From contig CBDFMQ010000002.1 of assembly GCA_965249725.1 (NCBI GenBank), positions 1,280,001 to 1,344,000 on the forward strand: a stretch of DNA of 64,000 bases, in the 5' to 3' direction. The position numbers and the translations under genes are program-made. Origin of the DNA: Longimicrobiales bacterium (GTDB lineage Bacteria > Gemmatimonadota > Gemmatimonadetes > Longimicrobiales > Gaopeijiaceae). Below, in pieces: positions 48,317 to 58,820 of this stretch. Position 1 is the stretch's first letter, and each line of letters opens with the position of its first letter. The notes beneath the pieces were generated by a model that saw nothing but the letters and a program-made list of their open reading frames with translations, was not told the origin of the DNA and ran no database searches.

Positions 48317-49036
48317 TCAAAGAGCCTCGATGGAGGGCTCATTTGTTGGCCCGCCAACACGAATTCGCCGCCCAAAGGCGCTTGCGAAGACATCGCGAAC
48401 GACAGCGGCGACTTCGCCAACCCGAATCGGACGGCCGGCCTCTTGCGAAAGCGAGGTGACCGAACGGTCGGCGATGCCGCACGGCACGATGGTCTCGTAG
48501 TAGGAGAGGTCGCTGTCGACGTTGAGTGCGAAGCCGTGAGAGGTGATCCACCCGGAGGACACGCGGACGCCGATGGCGGCAACCTTGCGGTCCTCGACCC
48601 AAACGCCCGTCAGCCCGGGCACGGTCTCTCCCTGAACTCCGAAGCGAGCCATGGCGGTGATGAGCATGGTCTCCAGATCTCGCAGGTAGCGGAGCAGGTC
48701 TCGGCGGTCGGGCTTGAGATCGAGGATCGGGTAGCCCACGAGCTGGCCCGGCCCATGGTACGTGACGTCCCCTCCCCTTCCCGCCTCGTAGAGCTCGAGG
48801 TCGAGCTCCTCCCTACGAGTGGCGTCGGCCAAAACGTGTTCGGGATGGGATCCTGTTCCCAGGGTGATCACGTGGGGGTGCTCCAGAAGGAGCAGTTGGT
48901 CGGGCACCTCGCCGGCGCGGCGGCGGGCCACCAAATCGGTTTGGAGTGCCAGGGCCTCTCCGTACGGGACGAGCCCGAGATCCCGTACCTCGAGTACCTC
49001 AAGTTCCTTGAGCTCTGGCGCGTCACCCGGGGACAC
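48317..49036 (-). CDS. lipB: Lipoyl(octanoyl) transferase
   Basis: LLEHPHVITLG, RGGDVTYHGPGQLVGYPI, KVAAIG, HGFALN, IVPCG. Confidence 0.95.
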   Translation of the reverse strand: MSPGDAPELKELEVLEVRDLGLVPYGEALALQTDLVARRRAGEVPDQLLLLEHPHVITLGTGSHPEHVLADATRREELDLELYEAGRGGDVTYHGPGQLVGYPILDLKPDRRDLLRYLRDLETMLITAMARFGVQGETVPGLTGVWVEDRKVAAIGVRVSSGWITSHGFALNVDSDLSYYETIVPCGIADRSVTSLSQEAGRPIRVGEVAAVVRDVFASAFGRRIRVGGPTNEPSIEAL

Positions 49037-50472
49037 TAGGCGTCCTCTGGGAAGTCCTCCAGCAGGGCCTTCAGTTCAGAGAGGAACCTCGCTGCGTCTG
49101 CGCCATCCACAATTCGGTGATCGTACCCCAGAGAGAAGAGCGATCGCTTCCGGATGGCGATGACGTCCGTGCCGGTGACCGGATCCTCCACCACCACGGT
49201 TCGCTTCTCGATCGCACCGGTGCCGAGGATCGCTGCGGTCCCCTTGGGAATAACGGGCATCCCCACCAGCGTACCGAGTACCCCGGGGTTCGTGATGGAG
49301 AATGTGGCTCCCTGAATCTCGGACGGGTTGAGCTGCCGACCCCGAGCCCGCTCTGCCAGGTCGATGATCTTCTTGCCGATTCCGACCAGGCTCAGATCAT
49401 CCGTGTCGTGGATGACCGGAACGATGAGGCCGGGATCGAGATCCACGGCCATCCCGATGTTCACGCTTCCACGTTGGATGATGTTGTTCCCGGACACGGT
49501 GCCGTTCACATAAGGGAAGCTCCGCAACAGACGCGAGCACGCCCAGGCCACGAAGGCCGTGTAGCTGACCCGAGCGCCCTGCTCCGCCCACTTCGCCTTG
49601 TTCGCGGCACGAATGCGGTCCACTCGTGAAAAGTCGATCTCGATGAACGAGTGCACGTGCGGAGCCACCCGCTTGGCCATGACCATGTGCTCCGCCGTGA
49701 GCCGACGGATCTTGTCCATGGGCTCGACCTGGTCGCCTTCGCGGACCGGGAACTCGGGGTGCTGTACCTCGCCGTAGAAGGCGGTCCAAAGATCGGACGG
49801 GGCCACCGAGGCGGCCGGATGCACGGGGGCAGCCGGCTTTGCCGGAGCGGCTGCCGGCGCCGCCACCGGGGCGGGAGCCGCAGGCTGTGCCGGCGATCCC
49901 CCACCTTCGATGTAGTCGAGGATGTCCTGCTTCGTGACCCTACCGGCGTGGCCGGTGCCCGCCACGTCGCCGATGGCGATTCCGTGCTCCTCGGCGATTC
50001 GCCGAACCACCGGAGTGGACTTCGTCCGCAGGCGCTCCTCGGCCGACTGCTCGCCCGCATCCTCGGCCCCACCGTGGGCCGGTGTGGTCGCGGCGGGCGC
50101 AGCAGCGGGTGCGCCGGTCGGAGCGGCCGGCTCTGCCGGGGTCTCGACGACTGGGGGCGCCTCCGGACCCGAATCGGCGACCTCGACCGGTGTGGACGCG
50201 GCGGACACGGTGGGCACGGTGGGTGCACCGCCCTCGGTGTCGATGAACGCCACGACCGTGCCCACCTCAACGGTCTCGCCCTCCTGGACCTTGACCTCCA
50301 CGAGGGTTCCCGACTGGGGTGAGGGAATCTCGGCGTCCACCTTGTCGGTCGAAATCTCCAGGATCGGCTCGTCTCGCTCGACCGTGTCGCCGACACTCTT
50401 CAGCCACTTCGATACCGTGCCTTCGGCGATGGACTCGCCCATCTGCGGCATGGGAACCTCGATGCGGGCCAC
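49036..50472 (-). CDS. 2-oxoacid dehydrogenase E2 (dihydrolipoamide acyltransferase)
   Basis: One lipoyl domain (STDKV), E3-binding domain GTG.AGRVTKQD, catalytic DHRIVDG. Confidence 0.93.
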   Translation of the reverse strand: MARIEVPMPQMGESIAEGTVSKWLKSVGDTVERDEPILEISTDKVDAEIPSPQSGTLVEVKVQEGETVEVGTVVAFIDTEGGAPTVPTVSAASTPVEVADSGPEAPPVVETPAEPAAPTGAPAAAPAATTPAHGGAEDAGEQSAEERLRTKSTPVVRRIAEEHGIAIGDVAGTGHAGRVTKQDILDYIEGGGSPAQPAAPAPVAAPAAAPAKPAAPVHPAASVAPSDLWTAFYGEVQHPEFPVREGDQVEPMDKIRRLTAEHMVMAKRVAPHVHSFIEIDFSRVDRIRAANKAKWAEQGARVSYTAFVAWACSRLLRSFPYVNGTVSGNNIIQRGSVNIGMAVDLDPGLIVPVIHDTDDLSLVGIGKKIIDLAERARGRQLNPSEIQGATFSITNPGVLGTLVGMPVIPKGTAAILGTGAIEKRTVVVEDPVTGTDVIAIRKRSLFSLGYDHRIVDGADAARFLSELKALLEDFPEDA

Positions 50473-50565
50473 TCTATCTCTCCAGATCTATTGTTGCTGA
50501 AATCAGAATCGGCGACCCCAAAGTACCCGGGGGATCGATGGGCGGTCCCACCGCCACCGAAAGAA

Positions 50566-51621
50566 CTAGTAGTTCACCAGATATCGTGCTGCCGTCACGA
50601 TGTCTTCGACCTGCGGCAGGAAGTAATCCTCCAATACGCCGGAGTACGGCACGGGTGAATCGATGGAAGTCACCCGGAGCATCGGCGCGTCCAACCACTC
50701 GAAAGCACTCTCGCTCACACGCATGGCGATCTCACCGGCAATGCCCCCGGTCCGGGTGTCTTCGTGCACCACCAGCAGCCGTCCGGTCTTCTTCACGCTC
50801 TCGATGATGGCCTCGTCATCCAACGGGAGGAGCGTACGAAGGTCCAAGATCTCGACTCCCATTCCGCTCTCACGTTGGAGTTCCTCTGCCGCCTCCGTAC
50901 TCCGGTGCACCATCATCCCATAGGTGACGATGGTGAGATCCGCCCCTTCGCGCACACAACGCGCTTTCCCGAGAGGTACGATGTAGTCCTCCTTGGGCAG
51001 TACGTCGCGCAGAGTCGGCGCTCGGTAGAGACCCTTGTGCTCCTCGAAGATGACCGGATTGCCGTCACGGATCGCTGCCTTGATCAGCCCCTTCGCGTCG
51101 TAGGCCGTGCTCGGATAGACGATCTTCAAGCCGGGGGTATGGAAGAACGCCATCTCGACGTTCTGCGAGTGGAACGGTCCGCCACGATTGCCCCCTCCTA
51201 CGGGGCCTCGAATGACCAGCGGCAGAGGTCCGCTCCCCCGATAGAGTGAGGTGGCGATGTAGTTCGTAATCACGTCGTAGGCCGGCGAGATGAAGTCCAT
51301 GAACTGCATCTCGACCACCGGCCGAAGTCCCATATGGGCCGCCCCGGCCGCCGCCCCGGTGAAACCGCCCTCCGCGATCGGGGCGTCGATGACGCGCTTG
51401 CCCCCGAAGTACTCTAGGAAGCCGCGCGTGACCTTGAAAGCTCCGCCGTAGACTCCGATGTCCTCACCCATCAAAAACACCCGATCGTCGACGACCATCT
51501 CCTCGAAGAGACCCTCGCTGAGGGCCTCCAAAAAGGTCACGGCCTCGCCGCGCTCCGTCTTCGACAGGTGTTCGGGCTTCACCGTCGTCACGACAGTATC
51601 CGGTGATTCCTTCAGGGTCAT
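50566..51621 (-). CDS. 2-oxoacid dehydrogenase E1 beta subunit
   Basis: GEDIG.YGG, PIAE, EMQFMDF, FHSQ, DLRTLLPLD. Confidence 0.93.
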   Translation of the reverse strand: MTLKESPDTVVTTVKPEHLSKTERGEAVTFLEALSEGLFEEMVVDDRVFLMGEDIGVYGGAFKVTRGFLEYFGGKRVIDAPIAEGGFTGAAAGAAHMGLRPVVEMQFMDFISPAYDVITNYIATSLYRGSGPLPLVIRGPVGGGNRGGPFHSQNVEMAFFHTPGLKIVYPSTAYDAKGLIKAAIRDGNPVIFEEHKGLYRAPTLRDVLPKEDYIVPLGKARCVREGADLTIVTYGMMVHRSTEAAEELQRESGMGVEILDLRTLLPLDDEAIIESVKKTGRLLVVHEDTRTGGIAGEIAMRVSESAFEWLDAPMLRVTSIDSPVPYSGVLEDYFLPQVEDIVTAARYLVNY

Positions 51622-52703
51622 GTCCTCACCCCGCTCCGTGCGGGTCGTGGCCGAGGCGAGGCCGAACGAGTCCAGGGGTGAGGCGTTTGCACATCGGAGT
51701 AGACTCCGTCCAAAGCCCGCGAACCATCCGGCAAGGGTTCGTGCACAGCCTGCTCCGCAGCGTCGTCGGCCGTCGCCCGCGCCTCTGCCTCCAGGCCCGC
51801 CAGTTCGTCCTCAGAGGCCCAGCCCTCATCGAGCAGCCGGCGGCGGTAGAGGGCGACCGGGTCCTTCTCTTCCCAGGCCCGAATCTCCTCCGGATCAACG
51901 TACGCCTGATCGTCATGCTGCGCGTGTCCTACGCGGCGATAGTACTGCAGCTCGACCATCCCCACGCCCTCGCCGGACCTGGCTCTGTGCACCGCGTCTC
52001 GGGTCGCCTCGATTACGGCGAGGACGTCCGTGGCGTCCGTGGATGTGGCGTGAAGTCCGTAGCCGGCAGCTTTCTCCGTGAAGGACTCGAGCCGCGTCGT
52101 CTTGCTCAACGGCGTCGAGAACGACCACTGGTTCACCTCGACCATGAGCACCATCGGACATCGCTGGGCGGCAGCGAATGCGAGCCCTTCGTGCCAGGCA
52201 CCCGTCGACGTGGCCCCGTCCCCGCAGAAGGCGAGCCCGACACGGTCCTGGCCCCGGACCGCGAATGACAGAGTGATTCCCGCCATGACCTGAACCATGA
52301 CTCCCAGGGGCGCGATCGGGCCGACGAATCCTAGGTCGAAATCCCCCCAGTGCAGGCTGCCGTCGTGTCCCGCGGTCGGGCTGGTGGCTCTCCCCAGATA
52401 CTGCCTGAACAGATCGACGGGTTGCCCGCCCATGGCGAACACGGCTCCCAGGCCACGGTGTGTGTGTGCCAAGAGGTCGCCCGTCCCGTCATCGTTGCGT
52501 CGAAGGGCATATGCGGCTCCCACGGCTCCGGCCTCTTGGCCCAGGGAACGGTAGATCCCACCCGCTACGTGCCCTTCCTTGGCGAGGATATCGAGACGCT
52601 CTTCGGCGCAACGGGTCAGTACGAGTGCCCGGAATACGTCGTGGAGCTCGGAACGGCCAAGGCCGGCCGCCAAGCCGTTGTCTGAGGGCTCAGATGAGGA
52701 CAT
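51618..52703 (-). CDS. 2-oxoacid dehydrogenase E1 alpha subunit
   Basis: GQEA, HR, ThDP motif GDGATSTG..HEG...NQW, YRRVGHAQHD. Confidence 0.92.
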   Translation of the reverse strand: MSSSEPSDNGLAAGLGRSELHDVFRALVLTRCAEERLDILAKEGHVAGGIYRSLGQEAGAVGAAYALRRNDDGTGDLLAHTHRGLGAVFAMGGQPVDLFRQYLGRATSPTAGHDGSLHWGDFDLGFVGPIAPLGVMVQVMAGITLSFAVRGQDRVGLAFCGDGATSTGAWHEGLAFAAAQRCPMVLMVEVNQWSFSTPLSKTTRLESFTEKAAGYGLHATSTDATDVLAVIEATRDAVHRARSGEGVGMVELQYYRRVGHAQHDDQAYVDPEEIRAWEEKDPVALYRRRLLDEGWASEDELAGLEAEARATADDAAEQAVHEPLPDGSRALDGVYSDVQTPHPWTRSASPRPRPARSGVRT

Positions 52704-52763
52704 TCGATATGCGAGTCGTTGGACCCGCCGGCCTGCCTGAGTCGGTCGCAAGACCGGGCTGGG

Positions 52764-53141
52764 TCAGTTGCTGCTTCCGTCGTCGCCGGGTGGGTCGGCG
52801 GCCTCGCCGGGCGCGGCTTCCCCACTCTGATCGAGCGTCGGCAGAATCGGCTGTGCCGCCGGAGCCGTCGGCTGCGCGTCCTGGCGTAGAATGGACTCCG
52901 GCTGCTGCGCCCGAGAGGACATGATGGACAGGACCAGTGCCAACAGCATGAAGACGGATCCCGTGGTCCAGGTGGCTCGGGTCAAGACGGTCGTGGCCTG
53001 TCGGCCGCCGAGGACTCCATCGGTCGCTGCGGCTCCTCCACCCATAGCCGCAAGACCGCCGCCCTTCCCCGATTGGAGTAGGACTACGACGCTGAGAAGA
53101 ATCCCGTCGAGTATCAGAAGCGCGAGCAATAAACCGAACAT
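52764..53141 (-). CDS. secG: Preprotein translocase subunit SecG
   Basis: VLLQSGKGGGL, LTRATW; directly downstream of tpiA. Confidence 0.93.
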   Translation of the reverse strand: MFGLLLALLILDGILLSVVVLLQSGKGGGLAAMGGGAAATDGVLGGRQATTVLTRATWTTGSVFMLLALVLSIMSSRAQQPESILRQDAQPTAPAAQPILPTLDQSGEAAPGEAADPPGDDGSSN

Positions 53142-53222
53142 ATTCGCATAGCCGAGAGGGTGTAGAATAGCGGATAAACGTCGCCGTGCAGCTCGCGGGT
53201 GTCAACCCGAAAACCCTTGCAG

Positions 53223-53972
53223 TCAGCCAGCTTCCGCGATCGCGGCGAACGATGCCGCGTCCAGGCTGGCACCGCCCACCAAAACTCCATCCACATCCGA
53301 CGCAGCCAACAGTTCCGCGACGTTGGAAGGCTTCACGCTGCCGCCGTACAGAACAGGGACTTCCGCTGCTCCATCCGATCCGACAACCTCGCTCAAACGG
53401 CCTCGGAGGGTCCCATGAGCCGCGGCGGCGTCGGCCGAGGTCGCAGTCTCACCCGTTCCGATGGCCCAGACCGGCTCATAGGCCAAAAGGAACGTCGCCC
53501 CTCCGTCGGGTAGCGCCGAAAGAGCAGCGTCCAGCTGACGGACGATGACCTCGTCGACCCGGCCCGCCTGGCGCTCCTCAAGGGTCTCTCCGACGCACAC
53601 CACCGGGATGAGCCCCTCACCGAGCGCCGCCGACACCTTCCTGCCCACCTCCTCATCCGTCTCACCGAACACGTGTCGCCGCTCCGAGTGACCCACCAGC
53701 GCATAACGCGCCCCGGCCACCAGAGCCATTCCGGCCGAGTGCTCGCCCGTATAGGCCCCCTTGGGCTCCCAGTGAATGTTCTGGATCCCCAACGCCACCT
53801 CGGGTCGGCCCTTCCGGGACTCCGCCGCTGCCGAGAGGGATATCGCGGGTGGGAAAATCAGAATGGTCGGCTGTGGCTCCCCGAGCTCCGGCGCAAACTC
53901 GTGGAAGAACTCCCGAGTCGCCGAGGGACCATGGTGCATCTTCCAATTCCCTGCAATCACCTTTGGTCTCAC
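53223..53972 (-). CDS. tpiA: Triosephosphate isomerase
   Basis: AGNWKM, GHSERR, AYEPVWAIGTG, YGGSV, LVGGASL. Confidence 0.97.
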   Translation of the reverse strand: MRPKVIAGNWKMHHGPSATREFFHEFAPELGEPQPTILIFPPAISLSAAAESRKGRPEVALGIQNIHWEPKGAYTGEHSAGMALVAGARYALVGHSERRHVFGETDEEVGRKVSAALGEGLIPVVCVGETLEERQAGRVDEVIVRQLDAALSALPDGGATFLLAYEPVWAIGTGETATSADAAAAHGTLRGRLSEVVGSDGAAEVPVLYGGSVKPSNVAELLAASDVDGVLVGGASLDAASFAAIAEAG

Positions 53973-53994
53973 TGGTCTTTCCCTGGAATGCGGT

Positions 53995-55206
53995 TCAAGT
54001 GCGGTCGGACAGTGCCTCGACGCCCGGTAGTTCCGAGCCGGACAGAAACTCGAGAGCGGCACCACCACCCGTAGAAACGTGCGTCATGCGGGAGGCGACC
54101 CCGGCCGCCTCGGCAGCCGCCGCCGAATCGCCCCCGCCCAGTACGACGACGGTTCCCGCGTCGGCGGCTCCGGCGGCCACGTGAGCCAGCTGGACCGTGC
54201 CAGCCTCGAACTCGGTCAGCTCGAACATCCCCATGGGGCCGTTCCACACCACCGTCCCCGCGCCGGTGACCTGGTCGGCAAACAGTCGAATCGATGCCGG
54301 TCCGATGTCCCCGATGCGATCCGCGGGATCGACGTCGGCACGAGGGACGACCCGAGTCGCGGTCCCTGCCGTCAACTGTGGTGCAGTCACGACATCGACG
54401 GGCAGCATGATCTTGTCACCGGCTCGAGTCATCAGGTCGCTTGCGACCTCAACCCGGTCCGGCTCTACGAGGGACTCGCCCACCTCGAGGCCGAGCGCCA
54501 AGAAGAACGTGTTGGCCATCGCCCCACCGATGAGCAATTGATCCACCGTCGGGAGCAGAGCCTCGATGACATCGATCTTCCCAGAGATCTTGGCTCCCCC
54601 GATCACTGCTACAAAGGGACGTGCCGGCTCGTCGAGGGCGTCACCGAGGAAGCGGAGCTCGGCCTCCATCAGGTAGCCGGCGACGGCGTCGCCGCCGGCA
54701 TCTCGCACGGCGTGTGCAACGCCCGTGGTCGACGCGTGGGCCCTGTGGGCACTGCCGAAGGCATCGTTGACGAACAACGTGGCTCCGAGCCGGAGTTCCT
54801 CGGCCCATGCACGGTCGTTTGCCGTGTCTTCTTCGTAGAAGCGGGTGTTCTCGAGTAGTAGAACGCCCCCGTCCCTGAGAGCCTCCACAGCCCCCCGGGC
54901 TTCGGGGCCGGTGGTCTCGGGACAGAACCCAACCGGACTCCCGAGTAGACTCTGGAGTTCACTCGCGACTCCTCGGAGTGAAAGCGTCGGAACAGACCGC
55001 CCCTTCGGACGCCCCAGGTGCGAGAGCAGCACCACCCTCGCCCCGTTCTCCAGGAGGTGACGAAGCGTCGGAAGCGTCCGTTCGAGACGCGTCTGGTCGG
55101 TGACCCCGCCTTCATCGTCCAGCGGCACATTGTAGTCGACACGCACGACCACAAGTCGGCCCGCAAGCGATTCAGGAGGAAGGTTTTGGAGGGTTTTCTT
55201 GGCCAT
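53995..55206 (-). CDS. pgk: Phosphoglycerate kinase
   Basis: RVDYNVP, SHLGRP, LLENTRF, NDAFG.AHR, GGGD, HVSTGGGA. Confidence 0.97.
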   Translation of the reverse strand: MAKKTLQNLPPESLAGRLVVVRVDYNVPLDDEGGVTDQTRLERTLPTLRHLLENGARVVLLSHLGRPKGRSVPTLSLRGVASELQSLLGSPVGFCPETTGPEARGAVEALRDGGVLLLENTRFYEEDTANDRAWAEELRLGATLFVNDAFGSAHRAHASTTGVAHAVRDAGGDAVAGYLMEAELRFLGDALDEPARPFVAVIGGAKISGKIDVIEALLPTVDQLLIGGAMANTFFLALGLEVGESLVEPDRVEVASDLMTRAGDKIMLPVDVVTAPQLTAGTATRVVPRADVDPADRIGDIGPASIRLFADQVTGAGTVVWNGPMGMFELTEFEAGTVQLAHVAAGAADAGTVVVLGGGDSAAAAEAAGVASRMTHVSTGGGAALEFLSGSELPGVEALSDRT

Positions 55207-55252
55207 CAGGTCCGGAAAATACAGAAGCTCCCCCGAGATGGCCACCGAGGAA

Positions 55253-58063
55253 CTACCGGACGGTCAGACTCCTTCTCGACCGCACCGGTTCCAACGAGCG
55301 CGGCAGGGTGGCCACGATCTCGAGCGCATAGTCACCGGGCTCTAGGTCGGTCAGGTCCACCGTCACGTACTCAGTGACACCAACCGTCGCGTCGCTCCTC
55401 CGCCTCCACGTGGTTCGGAACTCACGGGCTCCGGCAGGAGAGACGTAGAGCGGAACTCGAGACCCGTCCTCAGACACCAGATTGGCCTGCACGCTGTAGC
55501 TGGATTCGTCGGCGGGAAGGTCATACAACTCGAACATGACTCCGACGGTCGCGTCGTCACTGATCGGCTGGCCAAGCGGCGATACCCACGGCGCTGTACG
55601 CCGCACCTCCGAGGGCTCGGGGCTCCCAGCTTCGACAAGGAGCAGCTCCGAAATCCGAGGATCCCCTCCCGCCAAGGTCGCGAGGCCTACAGGCTCCCGA
55701 AGAGCCGCCAAGAAGCCGAGCCGGTCGTCGTAGATCTCGACGACGACCTGTCTGGCGTCGGATCCCGCCCACGTCCTGAGTCCGAGATGTCCCTGAGCCG
55801 CCGCTACGAGCTGTCTCGACGAGCTCACAACCTGCTCATTCTCACCGAGCAGGAAGATCGACACATGTAAGGAGTCGCTCGGCCCTCCGAACATCTTCGC
55901 CGGGACCGCAGAGTGAACTTCGACCTCCAGCCCTCCCCTGGGCATGCGGAACTGACTCACCAAGCCGGGAAGATCACGGACCTCTCTGTGGGCCACACTT
56001 CCGTACCGGTCCGGCAGGATGTCCTTCAGGCTCCGGAGATACGCCGCACTCTCGGGCGTCAGGTCCATGTGCCTGGAGGTAGCCGGGCGTCGGAACGTCA
56101 CGTTCGAGCCCGTCCCATAATCCCAAAAGACAGTTCTGAGGTCCGCCCCCTGCCCCATCGTACGGACGACGGTCGGAGACCCGTACCGCAGCAGCACCTC
56201 GGCAGCCTCGGAATCGAGATCTCCGAGGCGGAGAATGGCGTAAGCGGCTCTCGCGAAGTGCTCCGCCTCACGCTCATTCACTTCAGTCGTCAGGATGGGA
56301 TCGCGAGTGCCCCAGAATGCGTTCTCCGTCTCCAGGCGCCGGGCATCGCTCATAGCCGCATAGGCGCTCACTCGGCTCAACGGCAGCAGCGCCCCGATAT
56401 CCCTGAGACGTTGCGCCTCGACCGCAGGGAGCGCGTCGAGTGCTACTCGGAAGCGCTCCATCGCCTCTTCGGGATAACCGAGACGTTGGAGTGCGAGCCC
56501 GGAAAGCAACATCCCGTGTGGGTTGCCCCGAGACTTCCATATGAACCGCTGGGACTCCTTGAGGAGATCTCCCCAGCGGCCACGATCGGCGTAGTCCAGT
56601 AGGAGCTCGATATTCGCGCCGGGATGGCTCGGCACGGCCTCCACAGCAGCGGAGAGGGAGCGAAGCACGTCGTCCCGACTCTCTCCTGCGGCCGGTCGCG
56701 TCTCCTCGAAGCCCTGGGTCATGACCTCACGGAATTCAGTCGGACACAGGTTGTTCAGTCCCATGAGCGGCTCTGCCGATGCGTAGCGGGTGTCGGCATA
56801 TCCGGAAGCGACCCGGCAGTCGATGCTCTTCAGGTCCGATGTGGCGATGCGCCCGAGATGCTCCCAGGCCAGCCATTGCTCCTGAACGATCGTCCCATGC
56901 TCGTAGTGGAGTTCGGCCCGGAAGGCAGGCGAAACGTCATGGCTATTGGCTTCCGCACGCAGGATTCCGTCCGCGTAGAGCCGCCTCGACTCGTCACGAA
57001 GTCCCTGCTTCCTTCGGATCCGGGCCAAGGCAAGCGCCGGGGCCGGGTTCCAGGGTGACGAGCGCATGGCAGCTTCCAATGCCTCTGCCACGTCGCTTCG
57101 CCACTGCGTGAGGCCGAACCCCAGCGGAGGCTCACCCTCCAGGACCGCCCCCAGGTTCTCCAGCGGGCCGCCCGTCTCGATCGCACCGTCCAACGCCTCG
57201 CGAAGAAGTTCCCGTCCCTCGAACAAGGTCGGTGGCGGTGTCAGGTATTCGCCGGGGAACAGCTCTTCCGAGAACTCAAACCCCATGCTCTCCGGCGGAG
57301 CCGGCGTGGCAATCGGCGACGGAGGCGAAGGAGCAGGGCTGTCCTCCGAAGGCTCGAAAGCCAGGTCGAAGTTGACCCAAGTCCCCACCGGCACTCCGAA
57401 ACGCCTGGCCGGGTCGAACCGGAGGTTCGGAGCCATATCGAGAGCGACTCGATCGAACGCCGATACGCCGGATCCCCTCTCGATCTGCGCCTGCTCCACC
57501 GTCCCGTCCGACGCTACCCACAGGCGCAGCGTCACCAGGCCTCCGATGCCCGCTTCCTGTAGCACGATAGGATACTGACTCCGAATCGTCCTCTCCGCCC
57601 TATCCCTGTCGAGCAGCTCCGGATAGGTGTTGTCCGGAAAATCGAACGAGACTTCCGTCCCAAAGTCCGGCACACTCGGAACGGCCGCCCCTTCCGCCGA
57701 GTCATCGCTAGACACCGTGACGGGTCCCGGCTCCGGAAGGATCACATCCGGCAGGGTCACCGGTTCTTCGACCGGCTCAGGCTCGGCGGGCTGACTCCAC
57801 GGAAGGAGCCTTGCGAGACCGGCTCGGGCCTGAGGTGCAGCAACACTGACGAGCAGCAGGGCTCCGATGGCAGCCGCCATCGCATGGCGGATACGGAAGC
57901 CGGCCCTCGGCGCGGGGCTGATCCACGCGTTCTCCAATTCCGCCTGCAGCTCGGGGGCGAACGAGGGCCGCTCTTCGATCAAGATCGAGGAGAGCTCCGC
58001 GTCCAGCTCCGCCAGCTCAGGCGGAAGCGGGAGTCCGGATAGATCGTTGGGGCGGTCAGTCAT
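55253..58063 (-). CDS. Multidomain membrane protein: anti-sigma-like N-terminus + TM + TonB_C + TPR-like region + degenerate GWxTD-like domain
   Basis: YPIVLQEAGIGG.VTLRLWVASDG.V...SG..AFD.VA (TonB_C); FWGTRDP..T..NE..EH..R.AYA...LRYG.P (GWxTD-like). Confidence 0.7.
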   Translation of the reverse strand: MTDRPNDLSGLPLPPELAELDAELSSILIEERPSFAPELQAELENAWISPAPRAGFRIRHAMAAAIGALLLVSVAAPQARAGLARLLPWSQPAEPEPVEEPVTLPDVILPEPGPVTVSSDDSAEGAAVPSVPDFGTEVSFDFPDNTYPELLDRDRAERTIRSQYPIVLQEAGIGGLVTLRLWVASDGTVEQAQIERGSGVSAFDRVALDMAPNLRFDPARRFGVPVGTWVNFDLAFEPSEDSPAPSPPSPIATPAPPESMGFEFSEELFPGEYLTPPPTLFEGRELLREALDGAIETGGPLENLGAVLEGEPPLGFGLTQWRSDVAEALEAAMRSSPWNPAPALALARIRRKQGLRDESRRLYADGILRAEANSHDVSPAFRAELHYEHGTIVQEQWLAWEHLGRIATSDLKSIDCRVASGYADTRYASAEPLMGLNNLCPTEFREVMTQGFEETRPAAGESRDDVLRSLSAAVEAVPSHPGANIELLLDYADRGRWGDLLKESQRFIWKSRGNPHGMLLSGLALQRLGYPEEAMERFRVALDALPAVEAQRLRDIGALLPLSRVSAYAAMSDARRLETENAFWGTRDPILTTEVNEREAEHFARAAYAILRLGDLDSEAAEVLLRYGSPTVVRTMGQGADLRTVFWDYGTGSNVTFRRPATSRHMDLTPESAAYLRSLKDILPDRYGSVAHREVRDLPGLVSQFRMPRGGLEVEVHSAVPAKMFGGPSDSLHVSIFLLGENEQVVSSSRQLVAAAQGHLGLRTWAGSDARQVVVEIYDDRLGFLAALREPVGLATLAGGDPRISELLLVEAGSPEPSEVRRTAPWVSPLGQPISDDATVGVMFELYDLPADESSYSVQANLVSEDGSRVPLYVSPAGAREFRTTWRRRSDATVGVTEYVTVDLTDLEPGDYALEIVATLPRSLEPVRSRRSLTVR

Positions 58064-58083
58064 CTATGTAGAATCCTTCTCGT

Positions 58084-58692
58084 TTACTCGCGTTCGTCGG
58101 CGACGGCTTCCTTGAGGCGCTTCAGCGCCCTGTGGAGCCGAACGGCCACAGCGTTGGGACTTATGTCGAGCGAGGACGCGATTTCGCTATTGTCCAAGCC
58201 CGCTCCGTATCGGAGCGATAGAATCTCCTGGTCCGCTGCACGCAGGGTCTGGGTTCCGTTCAGTAGGGCTTGAATCCGCTCCTGCTTCAGCACCCGCTCC
58301 TCTTGCGACGGGATCTGAGCCACCAGGTCGGGAACCCGATCCAAGGAGACGTGCAGAGAGCCGCGACGCTTGAGAGACCGGAGATGATCGGTCACCGCGT
58401 TCCGAGCGATCCTGAGCAGCCACGTGCGTGGAGCCGCCCTTGTCGGGTCGTACCGGTGGATCGACCGGAGCGCCTTCATGAAGACCTGTGACGTCACGTC
58501 TTCCGCGGTCTCGCGGGTCGCAACGCGGAAGCGGACGTACCGATAGACCGTCGGCCTATGATCGGTATACCACCCCCCGAAATCCGGCGGGAGCTGGGAT
58601 GGCTTTGCCCCAGGCGCTGCAGGCGCCATAGGCGCCTCCGGCATGACCGGTGACGCCTCGACCAGATCTTCAAGCTGTTGCCGTGTTTTCAT
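58084..58692 (-). CDS. ECF sigma-70 factor
   Basis: AEDVTSQVFMKA, TWLLRIARN.V.D, EIA..L.IS.NAV.VRLHRA. Confidence 0.9.
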   Translation of the reverse strand: MKTRQQLEDLVEASPVMPEAPMAPAAPGAKPSQLPPDFGGWYTDHRPTVYRYVRFRVATRETAEDVTSQVFMKALRSIHRYDPTRAAPRTWLLRIARNAVTDHLRSLKRRGSLHVSLDRVPDLVAQIPSQEERVLKQERIQALLNGTQTLRAADQEILSLRYGAGLDNSEIASSLDISPNAVAVRLHRALKRLKEAVADERE

Positions 58693-58820
58693 CGCTTACA
58701 GATACGGACCCTTCCCCCCGCCATTACACCCCGGCGGCGATAGTTAAGCCACTGCCCCAAAAGACTTTGTTCCCCCTCGAGCCTCAGTGGTTCCCCATCG
58801 TAGTCCCCAATCGTCGGTCC

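Noticed and set aside
45813..52703. carA without carB, and E1/E2 without E3
   Set aside because: Split arrangements of these genes are common; the partners are probably elsewhere in the genome.
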